A stretch of 64,000 nt of DNA from Paragordius varius (taxonomy: Eukaryota; Animalia; Nematomorpha): NCBI GenBank assembly GCA_964247055.1, contig OZ176057.1:1798001-1862000 (forward strand), given 5' to 3'. The notes beneath the pieces are model-generated. The model was not told where the DNA came from and did not search any database. It saw nothing but the letters and a program-made list of their open reading frames with translations. Shown piece after piece: positions 11,852 through 23,959 of this stretch. The position numbers were made by a program, and so were the translations under genes. Numbering within the stretch: position 1 is the stretch's first letter; every line of letters begins with the position of its first letter.

Positions 11852-13665
11852 TATTGGGATATGCATTGTTAATAATGTGTAATTATATATTAATTGGCCA
11901 AAATTTCAAATTATAATATAACATTTTTATGGTGAGAGTAAGTCTTTGAATTTTCATTTATATCCACTAATTGAAAAACAAATATTATATACTATCTAAA
12001 AATATATCACTGAATTTAGCTTATATAATATATTATGCATTTATCCTATTTTTTGCTTTTAATTTTAACATATTCACATTCCCATAATTCTTAATTGATT
12101 AGCGAGCTCTAAATATAAGTACAATACATTTTCTACGGGTATTTATTATAAACCCCGATTTCCTACACTCTATATAAAATAGAACTCATTATCTAATTTT
12201 TAAAAAGTGCGACATCAGTTTTAATATAATTATTTGCTACATGATTGACATTTAAAGGGACAAAAAGATTTCCTGATTTGAATGTTCAAGAATTTTATTT
12301 CTAATAACTTTGACAATTTATACACGGTGGAGAATGGGCGCATATGTGAATTTAAATTTATAATTTCAAAAATATAGGTAATGCGCTGAATTTGGAAAAA
12401 TAGAATTTCAAAACCCATGTTTACATATTGTCCCAAATAGTATTTAATTTTTAGAACTAATAATTTATAAAATAATTTTTAAAATAGTTATAATTTGTCT
12501 TATTTATGCTTTTAAATAAAACTATTTAGCAGCTAAAATGACCTATTTGTCCGACAACTCATTCATTAATAAAATCAATGCATCTCAAAATCTCTTTTCA
12601 AGATAATAGATACTTTGTTAAAAGAAACTTATATTTGGCTTCCATCATAAAATTTCATATTTTTCTTTTAAAAGTATAAAAAACTTTCCTTTTTTCCGGT
12701 CTGATCCTCGGCAATCAGATCATTTATCGAAATTTACGTCATTATTGCCTAGTCCCCCCTTTTATAATCCTTTTAAGTACCTTTATATGAATTATTCTTT
12801 ACTTTTGTTTGGTGATCTGGTAACACTTAATCTCTGGCTTTTAAAATTACACAATACATTGAGATTCATTTATTTTAAAAAAATTATATAATAATTACAT
12901 ATTTTTTACATATGTGCACCATCTATTAATATTGGATGATATTTGATTCTTGCATCTAAAAATTGGCACAAAAAATATAGATTATAAACACTCAATATGT
13001 TTATAATATCTTTAAAATAGTACCACTAAAAGTTAATTTTAGAATTACATTGAACATTAAAAGACATAAATTGATATATCATATACTGATTTGTCTAATT
13101 TTTTTCTTTTGGGTCCAACTATAAAATATGTAATATTAAAATCATTTTGAATGAATCTTTCCAAATTTGGTGCATCAATGTTTTATAAATGTAATTGTTT
13201 GAAATATTAACATTTCATATTTATAAAATCTCATTTTAAACAATCAAGTTTTTAATGTCCAGCGGACATGTAGTCATGATTTGTATATACGGATTATAAA
13301 ATAAATTTGTACATTTAGTATGATAAATATTTTATAAGAAAATAAAATTACTTTTTAGTTATAAGTTTTTTTTTCCATTCGGTGGTATTATCCGCTAACT
13401 CGGGGTGAAGGAGTTTTAAGAACATATCCAAGCGTATTTAATATTGGCAAAACTAAATTGAAAAAAGTCACAAAAAAATATATTTCTGGTTTAATAAGTT
13501 TTATGGAGTTTTCAAACAATAAGTATATATCATAACCACACCAGGAACCGGTTGCGTTGGGTCGGAACCAACCCGGTCCATTGTCTTAGGATCTAGCCCG
13601 GTTTCATTTTTAAAAATTTAGGAGCCAGGCCGATTCCACTTCCATTTTTACCCGGTTCGAAGCCG

Positions 13666-13715
13666 TGATATATATGTATGTATATATATATTATATATAT
13701 ACATACATATATATT
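13666..13715. repeat. (TA)n-type microsatellite
   Basis: Imperfect TA/TATG run, seen directly. Confidence 0.8.
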
Positions 13716-15714
13716 TACGATTTATATTAAAATTTTCAAATATTTTTGTGTTTTAATGGACGTGTGGGGATTGGAGGGATAATTTTTGGACTGCCATCTA
13801 TGAGTCAATAAAAAATTGCTATAAAAGTATTTCAACCACGATGATTGAATGTATGTTTATAATATTTTTAGACATAGGTCGGTCCTTTTTTTGCGCAGAC
13901 AGCCTATGCACCAAATATTTTAAATATCAAACGAAGCATACTATAATACCGCTGATGACAAGAATATGCGCTGGAACACAGAAATCTCTCTTAAAACTTT
14001 ATAGATGAGATCGCGCTCTGGGTAATTTATGCTTATTTTTATTTTATCAATTGACAACATATATCATAAAAGGGTATCTCAATCTTGAATATTTCTAACG
14101 GGCTTTCAAATTTAAAAATATTTTGGCATGTAAACATGAGCTATTTGCCAAGGGCTCATCTGTTTCTCCAAGACATGACATAACTTACCTGACCCGGATT
14201 TTAGGCATTACTGCTCGTCTCGCAGCCCAATAAATATTTAACATTTAAAAACGTTTGTTTAAACTTTATATATAATAATTGGACACCTATATAAATAAAT
14301 ATATAATGGTAGGCAATAAATACATCGCTTTAACTTCCCAACGATGCAATATTGTTGAAATTACCACAGTTAAAACGATGCCGGAAGAGTTGCAATTTTT
14401 TATTCGACTTTATGGGCAGATATACAGTAAATACTGGTGGTTACAGAAATACTTGCACCTAATGGTCCAATGTTAATAAACACACAAACATGAAATTGCA
14501 ACAACATTGTTGCAGTAGAAGAATCGATCACATTTAGTTTTTGTGTCAAAGCCAAAAATTACAGGTAAAATAATTCATGTCATGAAAATCATTTTAGCTA
14601 AACGCGATTAGTTTAAAAATATTTTTCTCAGGTTAAGATATATTAGACAGAGTTATTAAAGTCTCACAGATTAACGTGTCAAACTAAAACAACACCGCTA
14701 AAAGTTACGTAACTGGTTAATACACAGCTTATCTGGAACCCTGAGTTATCTTTTAAAGCATAGATGAACGCGATGATAAAAGATACCGGCTAGAGAACAA
14801 AATAAAGATGTGGGTAACTAGGAAAGCATAGAGCTTTGAAGTTGGTACAGATTATCCCAATCTCTAGTGGAATTCGAATGAGAAATCTATACTAAACAAG
14901 GCAAAAACTCTCCGTAAGCCCTGTTATAAAGGTATGTTCATCTATATATATTTTAACTATTGTAAGTACCAATCTATACAACAATTATCAACTAATTACT
15001 AAATTTAAGAGGATGGAAAACACGAAAACCAACTATATACACTATATGTCATTTAGCTACTTAGGATTGTTACAAAAAATATGTTTTATGACATTAATAA
15101 AGATTACTAGTCACATTGCTATATATAAATAAATCATGGTCATTTACTCTAATATGATATAAACAATATACATTTTCTATGAGTAATGATCTTCACAGTG
15201 GTTACCAATTTTTATGTATTACCTATCCTTTTGTATTAAACACCCCAATATTTAAAACATTTTGTATGCGATAATTAAGTAGCGCATAGATCCAAACAGC
15301 CCTTAATTCGAGGTCCCTTCCTATTATTAACGTGTTTATTATATTACTCCGTATAAAAAGCTTGCAAATAAATTGTTACGGTTAATATTTTTAATCCATA
15401 TAAAATTTACTTTCTTATACAGAATCAAAGAAAATTTACAAACATGTTCGGGTAATTGCCAAAATTGCAAATATTTATAATATTTAAACTAGCTCTGGTA
15501 AGAGACCCGTATTAATTGATTAATTTTATAATTATAAAATTTGGTTACAGTGGCCAGTTATAAAACTATAACATAATAAAATAATAAATCAAACTCTTTA
15601 TTTAGACCTTAGAAAAGAGTTTATTGATTGGATGTCTTATGTAAAGACCCGATTATTGAGTTTTTACTTGCGACATGATTTTGTAATATCTACAAATAAA
15701 TTATTGGGTGTTTT

Positions 15715-17165
15715 TTAAAAATATTAAATTTATAACAGCAAACCATTCGCGGTTAGACGGGGTGGTTGTTTGGTTTTAATATGTATTATTTTTGGTTTCC
15801 AATCATATATTATATATATATAATATATATAATATGGAATTTTCCCTTTTATAATTGGTAAAAATATTAAATTATAACTGCAAACCATTTGCGGTTGGAC
15901 GGGGTGGTTGCCTGGTAGTAATATGTGTTATTTTTGGTTTCCAATCATCTATTATATAAATATAATATGGAAATTTCCCTTTTATAATTGGTAAAAATAT
16001 TAAATTATAACTGTAAACCATTTGCGATTGGACGGGGTGGTTGCCTGGTAGTAATATGTATTATTTTTGGTTTCCAATCATCTATTATATATATATATAT
16101 ATAATATGGACATTTCCCTTTTATAATTGGTAAAAATATTAAATTATAACTGCAAACCATTTGCGGTTGGACGGGGTGGTTGCCTGGTAGTAATATGTAT
16201 TATTTTTGGTTTCCAATCATCTATTATATAAATATAATATGGAAATTTCCCTTTTATAATTGGTAAAAATATTAAATTATAACTGTAAACCATTTGCGAT
16301 TGGACGGGGTGGTTGCCTGGTAGTAATATGTGTTGTTTTTGGTTTCCAATCATCTATTATATAAATATAATATGGAAATTTCCCTTTTATAATTGGTAAA
16401 AATATTAAATTATAACTGCAAACCATTTGCGGTTGGACGGGGTGATTGCCTGGTAGTAATATGTATTATTTTTGGTTTCCAATCATCTATTATATAAATA
16501 TAATATGGAAATTTCCCTTTTATAATTGGTAAAAATATTAAATTATAACTGTAAACCATTTGCGATTGGACGGGGTGGTTGCCTGGTAGTAATATGTGTT
16601 GTTTTTGGTTTCCAATCATCTATTATATAAATATAATATGGAAATTTCCCTTTTATAATTGGTAAAAATATTAAATTATAACTGCAAACCATTTGCGGTT
16701 GGACGGGGTGATTGCCTGGTAGTAATATGTGTTGTTTTTGGTTTCCAATCATCTATTATATAAATATAATATGGAAATTTCCCTTTTATAATTGGTAAAA
16801 ATATTAAATTATAACTGTAAACCATTTGCGATTGGACGGGGTGGTTGCCTGGTAGTAATATGTGTTGTTTTTGGTTTCCAATCATCTATTATATAAATAT
16901 AATATGGAAATTCCCCTTTTATAATTGGTAAAAATATTAAATTATAACTGCAAACCATTTGCGGTTGGACGGGGTGGTTGTCTGGTAATAATATGTGTTG
17001 TTTTTGGTTTTGAATAATCTATTATATATATATATATATATATATACATATATATATGCAATTTTTTAAAATTGGTAAAAATATTAAATTTATAACTGCA
17101 AACCATTTGCGTTTGGACGGGGTGGTCGTTGGGTAGTAATATATATTATTTTTGGTTTCGAATAT
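15715..17165. repeat. 133-bp tandem array, 11 units, alternating A/B variants
   Basis: The AAACCATT anchor recurs with an exact 133-bp period in the core. The edge units are diverged and carry (TA)n expansions. Confidence 0.95.
15886..17018 (-). CDS. Nine tandem 63-nt phase-1/1 exons (first 16956-17018, last 15886-15948) encoding DDWKPK(I/T)(I/T)HITTRQ(P/S)PRP(T/I)AN
   Basis: Each of units 2-10 has AATAG|AT...AATG|GTTT(G/A)C. The exon is ~41% GC and open; the 70-nt intron is ~17% GC and absorbs the TA expansions. Confidence 0.65.
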
Positions 17166-17304
17166 ATGGAATTAAGATGAATATTTATTGGAAATTAATA
17201 AAGGGTTTTTGTTTATCTTAAAAGATGCGAAATTTAAGCCACGTATTTTTTCCAGCAACCGGGCTTAATATGATACATTATAAATTACACATTTTAACAT
17301 TTTT

Positions 17305-17428
17305 CTTTTTCAACCAAACGCAACATTTTTAATTTCCGTATGTTGCGTTTGCTTAAAAAATGTTGCGTTTGCTTGAAAAAATGTTGCGTTTGGATGAAAA
17401 AATATTGCTTACTGAAAAATGATACTTA
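17305..17428. mobile_element. Collapsed relic of fold-back element 1
   Basis: Head-to-head copies of the TTTTTCAACCAAACGCAACA / TGTTGCGTTTG.TTGAAAAAA 21-mer, ending in a terminus-like GAAAAATGATAC. Confidence 0.6.
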
Positions 17429-18098
17429 TAAGACTGTAAAATGCAATACTGTATAACATTTCTAGTTAGTTGCGAATTGGATAGACTTAACAGAAAATTT
17501 GTTTAGAAATATCAATTAACAAATATTTAGTGTGCATAATTTTGCAAATGGATTTCCGATTTTCCTCATGTTGGACACCTTGCTTTAAATGGCATAGTAA
17601 ATTACAATGCATGGCTGTAAGAAATTATGTTTTATTTATGAACAATATTTATTTGGTTAGGCCTCATTAAAATTAATTTTGTTAGATGTAGTACTCAAAT
17701 ATAAAATTTGTATGCAAGCGTTTAGGGGGGTTTGTATAAAATAAATTTTAGGGTTTGTCAAAATATATAAAATATAATTATGTCATACAATTTTTAAAAT
17801 TTTTAAAATTAATATTTAAATAATGCTTCACAAACCATTATTTCAACGCTTGGGTGGCCTAGTTTGATATGGTGAGTGTACCCATGGGATATATATTTTG
17901 GTACATAGTTTAATAAGATATATTTAATAATATATCGATGACCTGATGGTGTATTAAATAAAATTAATATTTTAAACTTTATTTATAATCTACTATTAAA
18001 TATATAATAACTTCTAGCTATAAACCAAAAAAGCTTATAAAGAGCTTAAACGTTTCCCGGCAAAATGCAACAATAAAAAACTGATCCCCGGGCCTATT

Positions 18099-18350
18099 CA
18101 GAGGCGCCGCTAGGGGGAGGAAAGGGGGGCTGATGCACGGGCCCCATAGTCGAAGGGGGGCCGGATTTTTGTTATTTTATTTCAAAAAAATAGGTATTTT
18201 ATTATTTTAAATAATATATAAAAAAATATTTCGTTCATGAGTGGCCATGTCCACGGTTCAAATTTGATTATTTTTTTTAAATACAAGGGTTGCAAGGAGT
18301 GAGAGGGGGGAGCTAACAACCGGGTGCCAGAAATGCAGGCTACGCCTCTG
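18099..18350. mobile_element. hAT-type MITE (252 bp)
   Basis: TIRs CAGAGGCGCCGC / GCTACGCCTCTG (10/12 match), flanked by near-identical 8-mers GGCCTATT and AGCTTATT (6/8). Confidence 0.7.
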
Positions 18351-18824
18351 AGCTTATTTAAAATTACGGCACCGATCCCTACTTTTTCCAATAAAACTAT
18401 TAAATATATTTGGGTAACATATTTCTTATTTAGATAGCCATTTGTTCGACAAAGATGGATATGTTTATCGAGGTAATATAGTAAGTTTATGATGGTCCAT
18501 TTAATGGCACTGCTTTGAAATTATAAATTGCTTTCAAACAATACATTGCACAGAATGTATCACAAGGTAAAATAGAAAATAACAATATTTTACATTTATG
18601 ATATTATTAGTTCCGAAACGAAATATTTTTAGGTTTTTACCGATTCACCGATCTACTTAAGTGCCCGAAACCCTATTGAGGTAGGTTCGCAATACTTGTA
18701 AGGAAATTAAATTTTTGCTATATCAATACTTTTCTACCATAAACTATTATAAAACGACATTTTCAAGCCACATATCATTATGATAATTAATATACTTATA
18801 TCCTTAAAATAGTATAAAATCTAC

Positions 18825-18845
18825 CTTGGGATTTTCCCGGGTATC
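18825..18845 (-). CDS. 21-nt phase-1/1 micro-exon (G)YPGKSQ; copies at 19993-20013 and 21161-21181
   Basis: TTAG|GATACCCGGGAAAATCCCAAG|GTAGAT is identical in all three copies while the flanks vary. Confidence 0.5.
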
Positions 18846-18956
18846 CTAATCAATAAAATAATAGTTATATATTCAGCAAAGAGTATAGCCAGCAATTAAT
18901 AAAATTATATATAATTTTATTAAATTTCAAAAATGACATATAATTTAATGCTATAC

Positions 18957-19025
18957 CGAATGTTGGTTTTAAGTGTTTATTTTTTTTCTTTTTATGTTTT
19001 CTAGTCTTTGAAACAACTTTGCGCT
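18957..19025 (-). CDS. 69-nt phase-1/1 Lys-rich exon (E)RKVVSKTRKHKKKKNKHLKPTF; copies at 20124-20192 and 21256-21324
   Basis: TTTTTAG|AG...TTCG|GTATAG. Length and frame are kept in all three copies despite substitutions (copy 3 reads ERKDVSEIRKPRKKKNKHLKPPF). Confidence 0.55.
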
Positions 19026-21398
19026 CTAAAAATAAATATAGAAAAAAATAGTTTTTATATTTAAATTTAACATTTTTATAATAGTAATCTTCAGCCAACA
19101 AAGAAACAACGATAAATATTGCAATTACTAAAGATCCAACAGAAGCGTATTATAATAGTTCCATGATCCTTTTCTGCATTATAATTTATTTAAATGATTT
19201 TTGAATATTTAATAACAAGTATCCCTGGGGAAATGAATAAAGGTTAAGAAATGAGCCAAATACTGTAGCAATCGAAATAATAAAAAACACAAGACCATAT
19301 TTTGTAAGCCTTAAATCATCAAACATATATCTTTATGGTACAATTCTAAATGATGTAATATGGTAACAATTTAAATCAAATCTAATTGTAATCATGGTTC
19401 TATAGAAAAATTCAAAGATAAAAAAACATAATAGTTTTTTACTTTTTGTAGTTATAATTTTGAACTTTACTGTAAAACTTTGCAATGCATGAATTATATA
19501 AAACATAGGAAATTAAATTTTATAAGACATGCGGGGACCGTTTTAAATTTGTATGCATCCTTTTCAGAGGCAAAAAAGAAGGGTTTCTTTGTTAAAAAAT
19601 AAATGATGCGGAAAATTTTATTGATTTTTGATATAACGTAACAATATTAACAACCATCAGACAAAACGAAATTTAAAATGGTCCATCTGATGGCCTTGCT
19701 TTGAAACTATAGATTGCTTTCATCAAAAGGAAAGATATAAAATAATAATATTTTTACATTTAGGATATTATTAGTTCCGAAAAATCGAAATATTTTTAGG
19801 TTTTTACCGATTTAGCGGTCTGACTTAAGTGCCCGAAACCCTAGTGATGTAGGTTCGCAAAACTTGTAAAGAAATTAAATTTTTGTAATATCAATACTTT
19901 TCTGCCATAAACTATTATAAAACGACATTTTCAAGCCACATATCATTATGATAATTAATATACTTATATCCTTAAAATAGTATAAAATCTACCTTGGGAT
20001 TTTCCCGGGTATCCTAATCAATAAAATAATAGTTATATTTCAGCAAAGAGTATAGCCAGCAATTAATAAAATTATATATAATTTTATTAAATTTCAAAAA
20101 TGACATATAATTTAATGCTATACCGAATGTTGGTTTTAAGTGTTTATTTTTTTTCTTTTTAAGTTTTCTAGTCTTTGAAACAACTTTGCGCTCTAAAAAT
20201 AAATATAGAAAAAAATAGTTTTTATATTTAAATTTAACATTTTTATAATAGTAATCTTCAGCCAACAAAGAAACAACGATAAATATTGCAATTACTAAAG
20301 ATCCAACAGAAGCGTATTATAATAGTTCCATGATCCTTTTCTGCATTATAATTTATTTAAATGATTTTTGAATATTTAATAACAAGTATCCCTGGGGAAA
20401 TGAATAAAGGTTAAGAAATGAGCCAAATACTGTAGCAATCGAAATAATAAAAAACACAAGACCATATTTTGTAAGCCTTAAATCATCAAACATATATCTT
20501 TATGGTACAATTCTAAATGATGTAATATGGTAACAATTTAAATCAAATCTAATTGTAATCATGGTTCTATAGAAAAATTCAAAGATAAAAAAAACATAAT
20601 AGTTTTTTACTTTTTGTAGTTATAATTTTGAACTTTACTGTAAAACTTTGCAATGCATGAATTATATAAAACATAGGAAATTAAATTTTATAAGACATGC
20701 GGGGACCGTTTTAAATTTGTATGCATCCTTTTCAGAGGCAAAAAAGAAGGGTTTCTTTGTTAAAAAATAAATGATGCGGAAAATTTTATTGATTTTTGAT
20801 AAAACGTAACAATATTAACAACCATCAGACAAAACGAAATTTAAAATGGTCCATCTGATGGCCTTGCTTTGAAACTATAGATTGCTTTCATCAAAAGGAA
20901 AGATATAAAATAATAATATTTTTACATTTAGGATATTATTAGTTCCGAAAAATCGAAATATTTTTAGGTTTTTACCGATTTAGCGGTCTGACTTAAGTGC
21001 CCGAAACCCTAGTGATGTAGGTTCGCAAAACTTGTAAAGAAATTAAATTTTTGCTACATCAATACTTTTCTGCCATAAACTATTATAAAACGACATTTTC
21101 AAGCCACATATCATTATAATGATTATTATATGTATATCCTTAAAATAGTATGGAATCTACCTTGGGATTTTCCCGGGTATCCTAATTAATAATAAATAAT
21201 AGTTATATGTTCAGCAAAGACTATATTAAAAATGACATATAATATAATGCTATACCGAATGGTGGTTTTAAGTGTTTATTTTTTTTCTTTCTAGGTTTTC
21301 TAATCTCTGAAACATCTTTGCGCTCTAAAAATGAATATAGGAAAAAATAGTTTTTATATTTTTTATAGGCCTTTTTATTATCATATATATCCACATAC

Positions 21399-21440
21399 CT
21401 GGGATACTTGTTGGTTTAGGACGTATAATATTTTTTAAAT
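21399..21440 (-). CDS. 42-nt phase-1/1 exon (D)LKNIIRPKPTSIP
   Basis: Strong splice sites TTTTCTTTTAG| and CAG|GTATGT. It is open and has the same K/P/T/I composition as the array peptides. Confidence 0.65.
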
Positions 21441-21497
21441 CTAAAAGAAAATAAATGTACAATAAATATTTGAATTTAAATTGGTTTTATTATATAC

Positions 21498-21530
21498 CAA
21501 TATTTGGACCTGGTTGTAATATTTTTGCCC
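21498..21530 (-). CDS. 33-nt phase-1/1 exon (x)AKILQPGPNI
   Basis: TTTATTTTGCAG| and TTG|GTATAT, with a 57-nt AT-rich intron to the next exon. The junction codon is GAT. Confidence 0.6.
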
Positions 21531-21737
21531 CTGCAAAATAAATAATAAAATATAATGTGCAAGGATAAGATTCTCCTAAAAAATGATTCCACATTTTAAC
21601 AGATTAGGGCAGTTCATTGGGAGGCTGAAATTTAGTCAAAATAATTTATAATGGTCAAATTATGATCGGTCCATATAAGCACTGAGAGATGAAGAAACTC
21701 CGAAACGCTTGAGCCGCGATGTTGTGAGAATTTTTAC

Positions 21738-21779
21738 ACAGTGTGCTCTCAGAATTAAATAAAAAACGCTTGACTCTAC
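21738..21779 (-). CDS. Candidate 42-nt phase-1/1 exon (x)RVKRFLFNSESTL
   Basis: TATTTTTTAG| and T|GTAAAA. It is open and in phase with the downstream chain. Confidence 0.4.
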
Positions 21780-22507
21780 CTAAAAAATACTAGCAGCAGT
21801 AGTTTTATTTTTATATATGTTACAAAAACTGCAATATCCATACAACTAAATTTTTGAGCGATATACGCTATATTTACGGATGGGATTTAAAAAAGGGGTG
21901 AATGAAAAACTGGCATCACTGATCGGCGCATCAATTAATATAAATTTAATTGATTTACTTTAAATATCATTTTAAAAATTTAAAGTGGTTAAACACAGAG
22001 GCTTAAGTGTGGTGTTAATCGTCAATGACTTAGGTTTAGTGTTTATTTTTCCAAAAATTGGCTAAAGCCAACAATTGACATATTTTATTTATATAAAAGG
22101 CCAATGATGCCAAAAAAGAATTAAATTTGTGAAATTTTAAAAAATAACCACTTTAATATTACATACATTAGTGGTAACATGGCATAGGCGTATATTAGTG
22201 TTAAAGCCACGGTATTATATGGTGGCGCACATATAAGGTCCGGCTAGAAAAAAACCCGGTCTAAAATAATAATTTGTGTAAGACCCCTTATTCATATGGT
22301 CCCAAAACTTGAACAAAAATTGGCTTCAAAGCCTCGTTACATTATAATGCCCCATTTCACAAAAAGTACCCTATGAGGTCAATTATAAATAAGTCTAGTC
22401 GGAAATATGCACCTTATAATAGAACATATAACTAAGAACACTTGCTATTGTTTTTCATTCTCTCATTAGTTGGGTTATTGATTTAAAAATTTATAGACTT
22501 TCTTACT

Positions 22508-22840
22508 ATGCAAAAAAATATTTTACCTGGAGCGTCTATATATAGGGGCTACTGCAAAACAGTAAGCCGACGGCGCATTTGCACAAAAATATTATTAAAC
22601 TTGAACGGGTTTACAGGTTTTCAGGAAAATTGTTTCAAACACACTATTTATGAGGAGTTAATATTAAAAAACCTTATTTTACGACGGATTTTGACTATAA
22701 GCAACATTCTTATAGATAAAAAAAGGTATAACGGAAAAGGTCGAGTATAAATTTTTTAAATGTTTTTTACAACAATACATAATATAAATGATTAAGTTTT
22801 ATAAAAAATTTTAGTAAATATAATTTTACTATATAGATAA
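22508..22840 (+). repeat. Dispersed repeat family B, 5' part
   Basis: GCGTCTATATATAGGGGCT...GGGTTTACAGGTTTT..GGAAAATTGTTTCAAA matches 24425-24900 and 28300-28540. It shares short motifs with family A. Confidence 0.75.
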
Positions 22841-23959
22841 CACTGCTCAACAAGGTTTTGCACCACCCCAATATTTTTGCATTTTCTGATACCTAATGGC
22901 ATGGAAAGGCCAAAACAAAAAAGAAAATTGAGGCCACCAATAGGATTTTTCCAAAATTTAATTTTTAAATTTGTTCCTCGTGTACATATGTTTAAATATT
23001 CAAACAAGCAAGTCGATACAAGTAATATTCCATGCATGGATAACAAATTCTAGGCATTAAATAAGATACTAAACAAGCTAAGAGCCAAAGTATTAAAAAT
23101 CTAAAAGGGGCTTATGTATAGTGTGATAGATATGGACAGCTGCACAAGCTCTGCATATCTCCCAAGCGATCCTATAATTATGCCAGATATGGCAAAGATA
23201 ACAATGAGTAATCGTAAAGTCCGATAAGAGAGACTTGCAAGCAAAATCGTGGCAAATTGACATGTCAAATTAACCAATTTACAGAATAAAGTTAGATAAA
23301 TTCTACAATTAAATTGAATATAAATTGGTAAATACAAATGGTCCAACCCCATAACAGTAAATTCTACTAAAAGTGGCTACACAACATCCATCTGAAATTC
23401 AAAATACAAAACAACCAATAATTTTAAAAAAAATAAGGTATATCCACTAGGTATAACTAAAGGATTTTTTATAAGAACCAACTCAAGAGAAAATGTCTAA
23501 TAAGTACTCGAAAGAACGAAATCTAACAAAAAAAATATAGCCTATCTGAAAGCCGAAGGTTTAAACCATAGAATGCCTTTTTTAGTATTTTTTTAAAAAA
23601 TTTTTATATGTGTTAAAAATTTACTTGAAAAAAAAGACTAAATTTTGATGTTTAAGTCCGTACTATTTTTTCTCTCTGATATTTAAATGACATATTTATA
23701 TTCAAAAGATAGAGTTTAAAACGCTTTATTAAATGATATTAAGTTTATAATATAATAACATTTTATTATAAAGTTATATTTAATTTTCTCTCGATTTTCT
23801 CTTGTTTAGAAAATTGAAAAACCTATAAAATTTCAAAATTCTGATTGGCGGGATCAAAATTTTTTTCAAATTCGGTTTTAAATCACTGAAATTAGTCATA
23901 ATTTAACAAGTTTGAGTGGTGGTGCTTAAAAATGTCCAAATTTGTCGACTAGTGTAATA

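Larger units (their letters stand above)
18490..21365. repeat. Tandem ~1,168-bp duplication, about 2.5 copies
   Basis: The GTATCCTAAT anchor is at 18841, 20009 and 21177. The central copies are near-identical and the outer ends are diverged. Confidence 0.95.

Noticed and set aside
12150-12800. L1/Tx1-like remnant (LIAEDQTG, CPFKC on the minus strand)
   Set aside because: There are only two short motifs, with spacing too short for an L1 ORF2; too degenerate to support.
13538-13665. MITE with ACCGGTT-rich ends
   Set aside because: The inverted match is only partial and no TSD is distinguishable from the TA run.
14178-14200. U1 snRNA-like ACTTACCTG
   Set aside because: Only 9 nt match, with no U1 stem-loops or Sm site following.
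16144-16885. The 69-aa MIGNQKQHILL... ORFs as genes
   Set aside because: They are read-through of exon plus intron in the 133-bp repeat with a frame rotation; the spliced model explains the unit better.
21678-21720. Hammerhead-like CTGAGAGATGAAGAAACTCCGAAACG
   Set aside because: The core and stem III do not fit the CUGANGA/GAAA/NUH consensus; at most it is a decayed Penelope end.
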